From: Halothiobacillus sp.
Lineage (GTDB): Bacteria > Pseudomonadota > Gammaproteobacteria > JAAZVP01
Assembly (NCBI GenBank): GCA_018623495.1
Contig: JAAZVP010000003.1
Coordinates: 3,466 to 67,465, forward strand
Direction of reading: 5' to 3'
Length of the DNA stretch: 64,000 bases
How positions within the stretch are numbered: the stretch's first letter is position 1; each line of letters opens with the position of its first letter. Under the pieces are notes generated by a model that had not been told where the DNA came from, searched no databases, and saw only the letters and a program-made list of their open reading frames with translations. The translations under genes and the position numbers were made by a program. This document shows, piece by piece, positions 33,905 through 43,872 of the stretch.

Positions 33905-34332
33905 CGGGCATCTCCCTCGGGGCGGGTTTCCAGGGTCAGGGCCACGGACTCGGCGAATCGCAGGGCCCCGGGCTTGTCGGCGGTCACCCGGGCACAGCGG
34001 ACCTCGGGGTGCTGGTGGATGATCTCGAGCACGTCGCGCACCAGCTTCTCCAGCAACAGGAAGCGGGATCCTTCGACGTGGCCGATGATCGCCTTGGTGA
34101 TGGCCTTGTAGTCGAGTGCCCGGCCCACCGCGTCGTCGGCCGCCGCGGCCGCGGCGTCGTACTCGATGGCGGCGTTGATCAGCACGTCCTGGCGCTTTTC
34201 CTGCTCCTCGTCCTTGAAGCCGATGAAGGTACGCAGGTGGAGGTTGCGGATCTCGATGCGCGCGGGACGCAGCTGCAGGGCCGGCCTTTCGGCGGGCGCC
34301 CGGCGGTCGATGGGGGTGGTCGAGGCGGTCAC
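33901..34332 (-). CDS. folX: Dihydroneopterin aldolase family protein (FolX/FolB paralog)
   Basis: IEIRNLHLRTFIGFKDEEQEKRQDVLINAAIEYD is a DHNA-type motif. GTG start. Clustered with folE2 and divergent from folM. Confidence 0.72.
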   Translation of the reverse strand: MTASTTPIDRRAPAERPALQLRPARIEIRNLHLRTFIGFKDEEQEKRQDVLINAAIEYDAAAAAADDAVGRALDYKAITKAIIGHVEGSRFLLLEKLVRDVLEIIHQHPEVRCARVTADKPGALRFAESVALTLETRPEGDAR

Positions 34333-34361
34333 GGCAGTCCCTTTTCTTGATGTACAACTCT

Positions 34362-34369
34362 TGTATAAT
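34362..34369 (+). promoter_or_regulatory. Perfect extended -10 element TGTATAAT upstream of folM, in the divergent region it shares with folX-folE2
   Basis: A TGnTATAAT element 30 nt upstream of the folM ATG, which is exceptional in a 68% GC genome. Confidence 0.5.
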
Positions 34370-34399
34370 TTAGGCCAGGTACCCTGTCAAGGAAACCCC

Positions 34400-35116
34400 A
34401 TGAAACGCGATGTTCCCGCCATCCTGATCACCGGCGCCGGCCGGCGCATCGGCGAGCACCTCGCCCGCACGCTGCTGGAACGCGGTGAGCGGGTGATCTT
34501 CACCTATCGCACGCCGCGCGCCTCGGTGGAGGCCCTCGCGGCCCTGGGCGGCGAAGCCGTGCGGGCGGACCTGTCCGGCCCGGAGGGCATCGGGGCCGCC
34601 ATCGAGGCCATCCGCCGGCGCACGGCGGCGCTGCGCGCCATCATCCACAACGCCTCGGCCTGGACCCCCGATCACCGCCTGCTCGACGATTTCGCGGGCT
34701 TCGGGTCACTGGTCGCGGTACACATGGCCGCCCCCTACTACCTCAACCACGGCTGCCGGGACCTGCTGGAGGCCGGCGAGGGCCCCCGCGACATCATCCA
34801 CCTCACCGACCACGTGATCGAGCGGGGCTCGGACAAGCACGCCGCCTATGCCGCCACCAAGGCCGGCCTGCACAACCTCACGCTTTCCTTCGCCCGCCTG
34901 CTCGCCCCGCGCGTCAAGGTCAACGAGATCGCGCCGGCACTGATCCTGTTCAACGACGGCGACGACCCGGCCTACCGGGAGAAGGCCCTGGCCAAGTCGG
35001 CACTGGGGATCGAGCCGGGTCCCGGGGTGATCCTGCAGGCGGTGGACTATCTGCTGGAATCGAGCTACGTCACCGGCGAGACCCTGCACGTGAACGGGGG
35101 CCGGAACGTGCGTTGA
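34400..35116 (+). CDS. folM: Pteridine reductase / dihydromonapterin reductase (SDR family, FolM-like)
   Basis: ILITGAGRRIG Rossmann motif and YAATKAGL active site. RBS AAGGAAACCCC before the ATG. The track ORF extends upstream and I rejected that extension. Confidence 0.8.
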   Translation: MKRDVPAILITGAGRRIGEHLARTLLERGERVIFTYRTPRASVEALAALGGEAVRADLSGPEGIGAAIEAIRRRTAALRAIIHNASAWTPDHRLLDDFAGFGSLVAVHMAAPYYLNHGCRDLLEAGEGPRDIIHLTDHVIERGSDKHAAYAATKAGLHNLTLSFARLLAPRVKVNEIAPALILFNDGDDPAYREKALAKSALGIEPGPGVILQAVDYLLESSYVTGETLHVNGGRNVR

Positions 35117-35123
35117 GCCGGGT

Positions 35124-37847
35124 TCAGAAGATCCTGGAGGGCTGGCCGCGCACGCAGTTGCGGCCGGAGCGCTTGGCCTCGTAGACGCGGTCGTCCGCCC
35201 GCTTGACCAGGGAGGCGAAGGACTCCCCCTCCCGGTGCTCGGCGACGCCGAAGCTGGCGGTCACCATCCCCGCCGGCTCGATGGGCGATTCGGCCAGCTC
35301 GCCGCGCAGCTTCTCGGCCAGTGATGCCGCCCCGATCAGCCCGGTTTCCGGCAACAGGACGAGGAACTCCTCGCCACCCCAGCGCGCCAGCAGGTCGCTC
35401 TCGCGCAGCGATCCCGAGGCCCGCTCGACCACCGCCTGCAGGACCCGGTCGCCCACGTCGTGCCCATGGGTGTCGTTGACCGCCTTGAAGTGGTCGATGT
35501 CGAACATCACCAGCGAGAGGGGCCGGGGGTAGCGCTGCCGTCGCCGGATCTCCTGCTCGGCCTCCTCGGTGAACTGGGCCCGGTTCAGGGCACCGGTGAG
35601 CGCGTCATGCGTCGCCCGTTGGCGCAACTCCTCCTCCAGCCGCTTCTGGTAGCTGATGTCGCGGGCCACCGTGGACAGGTAGTCCACGGCCCCGGAGCGG
35701 TCGCGGTGGGCGATCACCAGCTGGGAAACGGGCAGTTCACCGCCCTCGCCGTCGCGCATGGCGCTCTCTCCCTGCCAGTAACCCACCCGACAGGCCTGCG
35801 GGATCCCCTCTTCCCGCAGCAGGCGGGCGGCCCAGCCCGGGTGCAGGGCATCCAGGTCGAGGATGTCGGTGGCCAGGTCCAGCCGCCGGTTGCGCTGGCG
35901 GGCCGCCGGGTTGCGGTAGAGGATCCGGCCCTCGCCGTCGATGATGCCCTCGTAGTCGGGCGTCGCCTCCAGGATGCTCAGCAGCCGGTTGCGCTCGGCC
36001 TCGATGCGCTTGCGCCGCGTGATGTCGCGAAACACCATCACCGCGCCCTCGGGCTCGCCGTCCCCGCGGATCGGGGCCACCACCAGCGCGGCGGGAAACC
36101 GCTGGCCGTCGCGCCGGCGGAACCAGCGGTCCTGGCTTCGGTGGGTCAGGCCCTGCTCGAGGGTGTCGCGGATCAGCTCGGCCGGCCCGGTCGCGGCCTC
36201 CGCCGTCGCCTCGTCGAGGATGAGGTTCTCGAGCGACTGGCCGATCAGCTGCTCGCGGCCATAGCCCAGCAGCTCCAGGGCCCGGTCATTGACCAGGGTC
36301 ACCCGCCCCTGCCGGTCGACGCCCACGATGCCCTCGCCGGCGGAATTGAACACCGCCGCCTGCAGTCGGCGCTGGGCCTCCAGCTGGGACTCGCTCCGGC
36401 GCCGTGCCGTGATGTCCACGAGCACCCCCACGAAGCCCTCCAGGGCCCCGTCGGCACCGTGGATCGAGGCCAGCGAGAGGTTGGCCCAGACGGCCTCCCC
36501 GTCGGGTCGCAGGTAACGCTTTTCCAGGATCGCCTCGCCGATCTGGCCGTCGCTGAAACGCCTCATCGCCGCCTCGCTGGCCGGGCGGTCGCCGGGATGG
36601 GTGAACTCGCCGAAATGGCGGCCCGCCAGCGCCTCGGCGGGACGACCGAAGAGCGCCGCGGCCGCCTCGTTGACCTGGCGGAGACGGCCGTCCGGGCCGG
36701 TGAGGACGATGCCCGCCGCGGCATTGTCGAACACCGAGCGGAACAGCGCCTCGCGCTCGCGCAACTCCCCCTCGAGCCGCTTGAACGCGGAGATGTCGGT
36801 CATCACGCCCAGCACCATTTCCGGTCGCCCCGTGGCGTCGCGCTTGGCGGTGACCGAGAGGCTGACCCAGACGGCATCCCCGTCCGGGCGCAGGTAGCGC
36901 TTCTCCATGCTGTAGCCGATGATCTCCCCGGCCAGCAACCGCCGGTGCTTTTCCAGGTTCCGGGGCCGATCGTCGGGGTGGGTGAACTCGGAGAAGCGGT
37001 GGCCGACGATGGCCTCCCGGGGCCGTTCGAGGATCTCGCAGCCGCGCGCGTTGATCTCGCGGAACACACCGTCCAGGTCCGCCACGCCGATCCCCACCCC
37101 GGCGGTGTCGAAAACGCCGCGGAACATGGCCTCGCTGTCGCGCAGGGCCCGCTCCAGGCGCCGGTGGCGGGTGACGTCGCGCACCATGGCGGAAAGCCCC
37201 TCCACCGTGCCGTCGGCCCCCAGCCGCCGGGCCCACTCGAACTCCAGGACCACCTCCTCGCCGTCGCCCGTCCGGCACTGCGCCACGAGGTGATGATCGT
37301 CGGAACGGTCCCCGACCAGGTCGCGCAAATGCGCCTGCAACGCCCGGCGTTGCGCGTCGCTCTCCGCGCATTCCCAGAAGCGCCGACCGATCAGCGCGCC
37401 CTCCTCCTCCCCGAGGATGAAGTGCAGCGCCCGGTTGGCGTAGACGATCCGCCCGTCGCGATCGCATTCCTGGATGCCGACGGAACCGCAGCGGGTCAGC
37501 GCCTCGAAACGGTTGCAGGCCGGCGCCGACAGCCGCTCCCACTGGACCAGCACCCACTGCTCGGCGGGCTGCAGGCGGGCCCGGAACGCCCCCGCCCACC
37601 CCGGCACCGGGGTTTCCAGCGTGCGCGCCCTGCCTGCCCGCGCCACCTCGCGGACCGGCGCCTCGAGCACCCCGCGCAACGGCGCCGCGAGCTCCCCGTC
37701 ATCCCCCAGCCAGTGGGCGCGGGCCACCCCGTTGGCCCAGGTCACCTCGCCTTCCGGACCGATGCAGAAGAAGGCATCGGTGCCCGCCTCCAGGGCGGTC
37801 AGCAGGGCCTGCGGAGGCGTGGGGGGCTGGGGCGGGGAATCGGCCAT
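35124..37847 (-). CDS. Multi-PAS sensor diguanylate cyclase (five PAS/PAC domains plus C-terminal GGDEF)
   Basis: Repeated PAS blocks and a C-terminal GGDEF domain ([16 protein letters not shown]). Confidence 0.85.
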   Translation of the reverse strand: MADSPPQPPTPPQALLTALEAGTDAFFCIGPEGEVTWANGVARAHWLGDDGELAAPLRGVLEAPVREVARAGRARTLETPVPGWAGAFRARLQPAEQWVLVQWERLSAPACNRFEALTRCGSVGIQECDRDGRIVYANRALHFILGEEEGALIGRRFWECAESDAQRRALQAHLRDLVGDRSDDHHLVAQCRTGDGEEVVLEFEWARRLGADGTVEGLSAMVRDVTRHRRLERALRDSEAMFRGVFDTAGVGIGVADLDGVFREINARGCEILERPREAIVGHRFSEFTHPDDRPRNLEKHRRLLAGEIIGYSMEKRYLRPDGDAVWVSLSVTAKRDATGRPEMVLGVMTDISAFKRLEGELREREALFRSVFDNAAAGIVLTGPDGRLRQVNEAAAALFGRPAEALAGRHFGEFTHPGDRPASEAAMRRFSDGQIGEAILEKRYLRPDGEAVWANLSLASIHGADGALEGFVGVLVDITARRRSESQLEAQRRLQAAVFNSAGEGIVGVDRQGRVTLVNDRALELLGYGREQLIGQSLENLILDEATAEAATGPAELIRDTLEQGLTHRSQDRWFRRRDGQRFPAALVVAPIRGDGEPEGAVMVFRDITRRKRIEAERNRLLSILEATPDYEGIIDGEGRILYRNPAARQRNRRLDLATDILDLDALHPGWAARLLREEGIPQACRVGYWQGESAMRDGEGGELPVSQLVIAHRDRSGAVDYLSTVARDISYQKRLEEELRQRATHDALTGALNRAQFTEEAEQEIRRRQRYPRPLSLVMFDIDHFKAVNDTHGHDVGDRVLQAVVERASGSLRESDLLARWGGEEFLVLLPETGLIGAASLAEKLRGELAESPIEPAGMVTASFGVAEHREGESFASLVKRADDRVYEAKRSGRNCVRGQPSRIF

Positions 37848-37930
37848 CGGCTCTCGCCTGTCGGGGAACGGATCCGGTCGGATACAAGATCAATATAGCC
37901 TTTTCCACCCGCGGATTCAGCGTCGCGGCT

Positions 37931-37953
37931 TTCCCGAGCATTCCACTCGGGAA
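37931..37953. promoter_or_regulatory. Perfect 8-bp inverted repeat TTCCCGAG-N7-CTCGGGAA in the divergent promoter region between the PAS-GGDEF gene and ccoN
   Basis: Read directly from the sequence. It is followed by a T-rich tract (TTTATTGGGTTTTTTGG). Confidence 0.35.
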
Positions 37954-38040
37954 TTCCTGCGGATTTATTGGGTTTTTTGGGGCATAAGCGAAATCTTATC
38001 CTTGCCGACCGCACACCCCATCCGACCCGGAGGCGACTCC

Positions 38041-39513
38041 ATGAGCACGGCAAGCGCCAGCGCAGCAGCGAATCCCGCCGCCGACGCCGTCTACAACTAC
38101 GGCATCATCAAGCGATTCACCGTGATGTCGTTGTTCTGGGCCATCCTGGGGATGTCCGCGGGTCTCATGGCCGCCAGCCAGCTGGCCTGGCCATGGTTGA
38201 ACATGGGCATCCCCGAGATCACCTTCGGGCGCATCCGGCCCGTGCACACCTCGCTGGTGATCTTCGGCTTCGGCGGCAACGCCCTGCTGGGCACCTCCTA
38301 TTACATCGTCCAGCGCACCTGCCGGGCGCCGCTCTGGGGCGGGAAACTGGCCGAATTCACCTTCTGGGGCTGGAACGTCGCCGTGGCGGTGGGCGTGGTC
38401 CTCTACATGCTGGGCTACACCCAGGCCCGCGAGTACGCCGAGTTCGTCTGGCCGGTGGACCTGCTGATCGCCGCCGTCTGGCTGGCCTACCTGGCGGTGT
38501 TCGCCATGACCATCCGCCACCGCTCCCAGCCGCACATCTACGTGGCCAACTGGTTCTACATGGCCTTCATCCTGGCGGTGCTCATCCTGCACGTGTTCAA
38601 CAACCTGCAGATGCCGGTGAGCCTCACCGGGTTGGAATCCTACAGCCTGTTCGCCGGGGCCCAGGACGCCATGACCCAGTGGTGGTACGGCCACAACGTG
38701 GTGGGCTTCATCCTCACCGCCGGTTTCCTGGGGATGATGTACTACTTCGTGCCCAAGCAGGCGGGCCGGCCGGTCTACTCCTACCGCCTGTCCATCGTCC
38801 ACTTCTGGGCGCTGTCCTTCCTCTACATGTGGGTGGGCGCCCACCACCTGCACTGGACCGCCCTGCCCGACTGGACCTCCACCCTGGCGGCGACCTTCTC
38901 CATCCTGCTGCTGCTGCCCTCCTGGGGCGGGATGATCAACGGCATCATGACCCTCTCCGGGGCCTGGGACAAGCTGCGCACCGACCCGATCATGATGTTT
39001 CTGATCACCGCGCTGGCCTTCTACGGCATGTCCACCTTCGAGGGCCCGCTGATGTCGCTGAAGTCGGTCAACGCCCTGTCGCACTACACCGACTGGACCG
39101 TGGGCCACGTGCACTCCGGCGCGCTGGGCTGGGTGGCGATGATCACCTTCGGGTCGTTCTACCACCTGATCCCCAAGCTCTGGGATACCACCATCCACAG
39201 CGTGCGCCTGATCTACGTGCACTTCTGGCTGGCGACCATCGGCATCGTGCTCTACATCGCCTCCATGTGGGTGGCCGGCATCGGTCAGGGGCTGATGCTG
39301 CGGGCCTTCGACGAGTACGGCAACCTGGCCTACACCTTCATCGAGACCGTGAGCTTCATGCACCTGCCCTACGTGGTGCGTGCCGTGGGTGGCATGTTCT
39401 TCCTCAGCGGTGTGCTGCTGATGATCTACAACGTCTACATGACCATCACCGCCGCCAAGCGCCAGCCCCGTACCGCCGAGAGCGGCATGGAAGCCAAGCC
39501 GGCCAGCACCTGA
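38041..39513 (+). CDS. ccoN: cbb3-type cytochrome c oxidase subunit I
   Basis: [26 protein letters not shown]... with 12 TM helices and haem-copper oxidase histidines. RBS CCGGAGG. I rejected the upstream extension of the track ORF. Confidence 0.95.
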   Translation: MSTASASAAANPAADAVYNYGIIKRFTVMSLFWAILGMSAGLMAASQLAWPWLNMGIPEITFGRIRPVHTSLVIFGFGGNALLGTSYYIVQRTCRAPLWGGKLAEFTFWGWNVAVAVGVVLYMLGYTQAREYAEFVWPVDLLIAAVWLAYLAVFAMTIRHRSQPHIYVANWFYMAFILAVLILHVFNNLQMPVSLTGLESYSLFAGAQDAMTQWWYGHNVVGFILTAGFLGMMYYFVPKQAGRPVYSYRLSIVHFWALSFLYMWVGAHHLHWTALPDWTSTLAATFSILLLLPSWGGMINGIMTLSGAWDKLRTDPIMMFLITALAFYGMSTFEGPLMSLKSVNALSHYTDWTVGHVHSGALGWVAMITFGSFYHLIPKLWDTTIHSVRLIYVHFWLATIGIVLYIASMWVAGIGQGLMLRAFDEYGNLAYTFIETVSFMHLPYVVRAVGGMFFLSGVLLMIYNVYMTITAAKRQPRTAESGMEAKPAST

Positions 39514-39531
39514 TCGGAGGAGAGAAACGCG

Positions 39532-40266
39532 ATGAAGCATGAAAGTATCGAGGTCAATTCCGGTCTGCTGATCGTTCTCATCCTGGCGGCGATCAGCATC
39601 GGGGGCCTGGTGGAAATCGTGCCGCTGTTCAAGATCGACGAGACCGTGGAAAAGGTCGAGGGCGTGCGTCCCTACACGCCCCTCGAGCTGCGTGGTCGCG
39701 ACATCTACATCCGCGAGGGTTGCTATGCCTGCCACTCGCAGATGGTGCGTCCCTTCCGTGACGAGATGCTGCGCTACGGCCATTATTCCCTCGCGGCGGA
39801 GTCCAAGTACGACCATCCGTTCCAGTGGGCCTCCAAGCGCACCGGTCCGGACCTCGCGCGTCTGGGCGGCAAGTACTCCGACGAATGGCACACCCAGCAC
39901 CTCATCAACCCGCAGGCGATCGTGCCGGAGTCCGTCATGCCGCCCTATCCGTGGTTGATGGAGAACGAGCTCGACTACTCCGACATCGAGAAGCGCCTGA
40001 TCGCCAACAAGCGCGTGGGTGTGCCGTACTCGATGAGCCAGGAGGAGTACGAGCGCAACGTCGAGAAGTTCGGCAAGGACATGGCCGACAAGCTCCACAT
40101 TCCCAACGCCGAGGCATCCCTCGAGGCGCAGGCGACCAATCGGGTCTGGGATGGCGATCCCGACCGGATCACCGAGATGGACGCGATGGTCGCCTATCTC
40201 CAGGTGTTGGGCACGATGGTGGACTTCAGTCAGTACGAGGCCGGCGAACTGGCCGAGTACCGCTGA
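39532..40266 (+). CDS. ccoO: cbb3-type cytochrome c oxidase subunit II (mono-haem)
   Basis: CYACHS haem motif and a FixO/CcoO fold. Confidence 0.95.
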   Translation: MKHESIEVNSGLLIVLILAAISIGGLVEIVPLFKIDETVEKVEGVRPYTPLELRGRDIYIREGCYACHSQMVRPFRDEMLRYGHYSLAAESKYDHPFQWASKRTGPDLARLGGKYSDEWHTQHLINPQAIVPESVMPPYPWLMENELDYSDIEKRLIANKRVGVPYSMSQEEYERNVEKFGKDMADKLHIPNAEASLEAQATNRVWDGDPDRITEMDAMVAYLQVLGTMVDFSQYEAGELAEYR

Positions 40267-40312
40267 TGAGTCGGCAGGTGTCGCGAACAGCCCGAACGAC
40301 GGGAGTATGACG

Positions 40313-40525
40313 ATGGCGGAAGTCTGGGAATGGTTGTCCAAGATGGAGAACACCAAGCCCCTGGCGCTGGTGATCTTCTTCACGACCTTCGTGGCCATCG
40401 TCCTCTACGTCTACAGCGGCAAGAAGCGCAAGCGGCGCCTGGAGTCCTACAAGCACATCCCGTTCATGGACGAGGATGCCGATGAGCGGGAGCCGCGCAG
40501 CCAGAGGAACAACGACGATGACTGA
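40313..40525 (+). CDS. ccoQ: cbb3-type cytochrome c oxidase subunit CcoQ
   Basis: MAEVWEWLSKMENTKPLALVIFFTTFVAIVLYVY with a single TM helix. Stop overlaps the ccoP start. The start could instead be 40307. Confidence 0.7.
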   Translation: MAEVWEWLSKMENTKPLALVIFFTTFVAIVLYVYSGKKRKRRLESYKHIPFMDEDADEREPRSQRNNDDD

Positions 40526-41432
40526 CAACAAAGACACAGAGAAGCACGAGGTCGAGACCACCGGGCACGTCTGGGACGACGACCTGCGGGAGTACAACAA
40601 TCCGCTGCCCAACTGGTGGCTGTGGACCTTCTACGCCACCATCATCTTTGCGGTGGTCTACTGGATCCTGTATCCCGCATGGCCGGTGGGTGACGACTAC
40701 ACCAAGGGTGTCAAGACCGTCACGGTGACCGACGAGGAGGGCAACGAGCTCTACTCCGGCCACTGGAATACCCGTGCCCGCCTGATCGACGAGATGCAGA
40801 ACAGCGCATCGGCCCAGAAGCAGCGCGAGTACCTGGAGTCGGTCTCCCAGGCGTCCTACGAGGAAATCCTCTCCGACCCGGACAAGATGGCCTTCGCCCG
40901 CTCCATGGGCAAGGTGATGTTCGCCGACAACTGCGCGGGCTGCCATGGCAGCGGCGGGCAGGGCGTGATGCCGTACTTCCCCAACCTGGTGGATGACGCC
41001 TGGCTCTGGGGTGGGTCGGTGGAAAAGATCGAGCAGACCCTCCTGAACGGCCGCCAGGGCAACATGCCCGGTTTCGCCCAGATCCAGGGCCAGCAGGCCC
41101 AGGATCTGGCGGCCTACGTGCTCAGCCTGTCCGGTCACGAGGTGGACGCCGGGGCGGCGCAGCGAGGCAAGCAGGCCTACAACGTGTGCATGGGCTGCCA
41201 CGGCGCCGACGGCACGGGGAATACGGCCATGGGTGCGGCCAACCTGACCGACAGCATCTGGACCTATGCCCAGATCCCCGATGCGGCGAACCTGGAAGAA
41301 AAGAAGGCGATGATCAAGGACGTGATCCAGAACGGCATTCAGCGCGAGATGCCGGCCTTCGGTAACCGGCTCTCCAAGGAGGAGATCAAGATGCTGACGG
41401 CCTATGTCCACGAACTCGGGGGTGGCCAGTAG
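40518..41432 (+). CDS. ccoP: cbb3-type cytochrome c oxidase subunit III (di-haem)
   Basis: Two CxxCH motifs (CAGCHG, CMGCHG) and an N-terminal TM helix. Confidence 0.9.
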   Translation: MTDNKDTEKHEVETTGHVWDDDLREYNNPLPNWWLWTFYATIIFAVVYWILYPAWPVGDDYTKGVKTVTVTDEEGNELYSGHWNTRARLIDEMQNSASAQKQREYLESVSQASYEEILSDPDKMAFARSMGKVMFADNCAGCHGSGGQGVMPYFPNLVDDAWLWGGSVEKIEQTLLNGRQGNMPGFAQIQGQQAQDLAAYVLSLSGHEVDAGAAQRGKQAYNVCMGCHGADGTGNTAMGAANLTDSIWTYAQIPDAANLEEKKAMIKDVIQNGIQREMPAFGNRLSKEEIKMLTAYVHELGGGQ

Positions 41433-41462
41433 GCCACCGGCCAGGGAAGGGCGAAACGGAAA

Positions 41463-41492
41463 CGGCGGGGCTGGGCCCCGCCGTTTTTGTTT
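41463..41492 (+). terminator. Rho-independent terminator after ccoP
   Basis: CGGCGGGG-CTGGGC-CCCGCCG hairpin followed by TTTTTGTTT. Confidence 0.8.
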
Positions 41493-41603
41493 ATGATAAA
41501 ATTCTTATATGGCGCAGGGTTTTGGCCGTTCTGAACCCCGCCATGGACCCGGTGTCTGACACCCCGGGCATCACTCGAACCCACCCAGGCGAGGCAAGTT
41601 CCC

Positions 41604-43016
41604 ATGGCTGACGCGCAACCCGAAGAGCTCTACAAGGCGCGCGAACCGATCCACCCGCGCTCGGTGAAGGGGCGTTTCCGGCGCTTCAAGACCGGTGTGC
41701 TGGTCGTGGCCTACGGCGTTTTCTTTCTCCTGCCTTGGGTGCGCTGGGAGCGCACCGCCGGGCCGGACCAGGCGGTGATGTTCGACATCCCCACCCGGCG
41801 CTACTTCCTCTTCGACCTGACGGTCTATCCCCAGGACATGTACTGGCTGGCGGGTTTTCTCATCCTCGCCGCCTGGTTCCTGTTCTTCGTCACCGGGATG
41901 TTCGGGCGGGCCTTCTGCGGCTACTTCTGCTTCCAGACCCTGTGGACCGACTTCTTCATGAAGATCGAGCAGTGGGTCCAGGGGGACCGGCCCAAGCGGC
42001 TGAAGCTGGAGAAGGCGCCCTGGGGGCCGCACAAGCTCTACAAGAAGGGCCTGACCTGGTTCTTGTGGGTCGCCACCGCCTTCTGGACGGGCTTCACCTT
42101 CACCGCCTACTGGGCCAACGCCCCCGAGCTGCTGGTGGACTTCTTCACCGGCCAGGCGGCCTTCGCGGCCTATGCCACTACCGGCCTGCTGACCTTCACC
42201 ACTTTCCTCATGGCCGGCTTCCTGCGCGAGCAGGTGTGCATCTACATGTGCCCCTACGCGCGGTTCCAGAGCGTGATGTTCGACAAGAACACCATCATCC
42301 CGGCCTACGACTTCAAGCGGGGCGAGGGCGAGGCCGGCCGGCACAAGCTGGGGCGCGGTTTCAAGAAGCGCGAGGAGCGCCACGAACAGGGCGTGGGCGA
42401 CTGCATCGATTGCGGTTACTGTGTCCAGGTCTGCCCCACGGGCATCGACATCCGCGACGGCCTGCAGCTGGCCTGCATCAATTGCGGCCTGTGCGTGGAT
42501 GCCTGCGACACCATCATGGACAAGCAGGGCTGGCCCCGCGGGCTGGTCCGCTATGCCGCGGAAAAAGAGATCGAGGGCGGCGAGCCGGCCCGGGTGATCC
42601 GGCCCAAGAGCATCGGCTATGGCTTCGCCATCTCCGTGGTCACCGCCCTGCTGATCTGGGGGATCGCCTCCCAGTCGCCCATGGACTTCGCGGTCAACCA
42701 GGTGCGCCAGCCGCTCTACGTCACCCTCGCCGACGGCTCGATCCAGAACAGCTACGAGCTCAAGATCAACAACAAGCAGGACCGGTCGGTGGAACTCGAC
42801 ATCTCGGTCGCCGGTCTGCCCGACCCGGAGCTGGAGATGGCCGGGAGCTTCGAGAGCCTGACCATGGAGGCCTCGGGTCGCCAGCGCCTGCTGATGCGGA
42901 TCCGGCACGACCCGTCCGAGCTGGCCAGCGGCCAACACGAGATCCGTTTCATCCTCGGCGCGAAGGACCGCGAGATGGAGCCCATCGTCCAGGAGACGGT
43001 GTTCTACGTACCCTGA
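41604..43016 (+). CDS. ccoG: cbb3 oxidase accessory protein CcoG/FixG (4Fe-4S ferredoxin-type membrane protein)
   Basis: CIDCGYCVQVCP and CINCGLCVDAC ferredoxin motifs plus TM helices. Confidence 0.9.
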   Translation: MADAQPEELYKAREPIHPRSVKGRFRRFKTGVLVVAYGVFFLLPWVRWERTAGPDQAVMFDIPTRRYFLFDLTVYPQDMYWLAGFLILAAWFLFFVTGMFGRAFCGYFCFQTLWTDFFMKIEQWVQGDRPKRLKLEKAPWGPHKLYKKGLTWFLWVATAFWTGFTFTAYWANAPELLVDFFTGQAAFAAYATTGLLTFTTFLMAGFLREQVCIYMCPYARFQSVMFDKNTIIPAYDFKRGEGEAGRHKLGRGFKKREERHEQGVGDCIDCGYCVQVCPTGIDIRDGLQLACINCGLCVDACDTIMDKQGWPRGLVRYAAEKEIEGGEPARVIRPKSIGYGFAISVVTALLIWGIASQSPMDFAVNQVRQPLYVTLADGSIQNSYELKINNKQDRSVELDISVAGLPDPELEMAGSFESLTMEASGRQRLLMRIRHDPSELASGQHEIRFILGAKDREMEPIVQETVFYVP

Positions 43017-43038
43017 TGCTTGCGGGAGTATTGCGCCA

Positions 43039-43854
43039 ATGAGTCTTTTCGCCAGTCTGGCGCTCGGGGTCGCCCTGATCGCCGCGGGCTTTTTCGTGAT
43101 GGTGAGGCTGGGCAAGTTCACTGCACGCCAGGCGGGGGTGATCCTCGCCATCCTCACCGTGGGGTTCTACACCCCCTTCGCCATTCATGACTGGCCGGGT
43201 GCCGATACCTTCACCATCCACCTGGTGATCTATCTGATCACCGCCTATGCCCTGGCGATCATCGGCCGCGGCCTGGAGCCCTCCTCCGGGGCCCGGCGCA
43301 AGTTCCACTGGGGTCCGGCCGCCCTGGTGGGCTTCTTCGCCGTGGTCATCGCCATGGACGCGATCTTCATCACCGTGGCCCAGCGGGGCCTGGAGGGGGA
43401 CGTCTCCCGCGCGCTACTGCCCGAGCCGCAGTCGGGCCAGGATGTGACCTCCTTCTTCCCCGGTACGGTCACCCACGACTTCCAGGAGAAGGAGGAGCGC
43501 TTCAACGCCTACAAGAGTCGCCTGGAGCGCCAGAAAGCGCGTGACTGGCAGGTGCGCAAGGGCTGGCTCGGTGGCCCTGCCCGGGCCGGCGAGCAGACGG
43601 TGTTCCAGGTGGCGGTGCGCGACGCCCGGGGCGAGCCCATCGAGGACGCCGAGATCTCGGTGCTCTTCTGGCGGCCGGCCGACCAGCGTCTCGACCAGCG
43701 CATCCAGCTCAACCACATGGGTAACGGCGTCTACCGCCAGGCGGTGGTCCTGGAGGCCCCCGGTCGCTGGCAGGCGGACATGACCATCCTCACCGACGAG
43801 GCGCGTCACGAGGAGCGCCTGCACACCGAGGTCGCCGCCTCGCCCTCGGCCTGA
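43039..43854 (+). CDS. ccoH: CcoH/FixH-like protein carrying a roughly 88-aa N-terminal multi-TM extension
   Basis: The C-terminal 180 aa match FixH (HWGPAALVGFFAVVIAMDAIFITVAQ ... VLFWRPADQRLD). The N-terminal extension lies in the same ORF, after a GGGAG RBS. Confidence 0.75.
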   Translation: MSLFASLALGVALIAAGFFVMVRLGKFTARQAGVILAILTVGFYTPFAIHDWPGADTFTIHLVIYLITAYALAIIGRGLEPSSGARRKFHWGPAALVGFFAVVIAMDAIFITVAQRGLEGDVSRALLPEPQSGQDVTSFFPGTVTHDFQEKEERFNAYKSRLERQKARDWQVRKGWLGGPARAGEQTVFQVAVRDARGEPIEDAEISVLFWRPADQRLDQRIQLNHMGNGVYRQAVVLEAPGRWQADMTILTDEARHEERLHTEVAASPSA

Positions 43855-43872
43855 CCCAACGCAGAGGGCCCC

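Noticed and set aside
32927-34357. 476-aa ORF suggesting a folE2 fusion with upstream sequence
   Set aside because: The N-terminal 150 aa are Arg/Gly-rich junk overlapping folX in another frame. The FolE2 homology starts at the ATG at 33902-33904.
34340-34370. Zur box in the folX-folM divergent region
   Set aside because: TTGTATAAT resembles half of the E. coli Zur palindrome but the second half is absent. I interpret it as an extended -10 element.
37881-37900. FNR/Anr box upstream of ccoN
   Set aside because: Only an isolated ATCAA half-site (37889-37893) was found and no TTGAT partner at the right spacing. It is not convincing without a PWM.
37474-38040. 189-aa N-terminal extension of ccoN in the track ORF
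   Set aside because: It runs through the divergent promoter region and the start of the PAS-GGDEF gene on the opposite strand. The true start, with an RBS, is at 38041.
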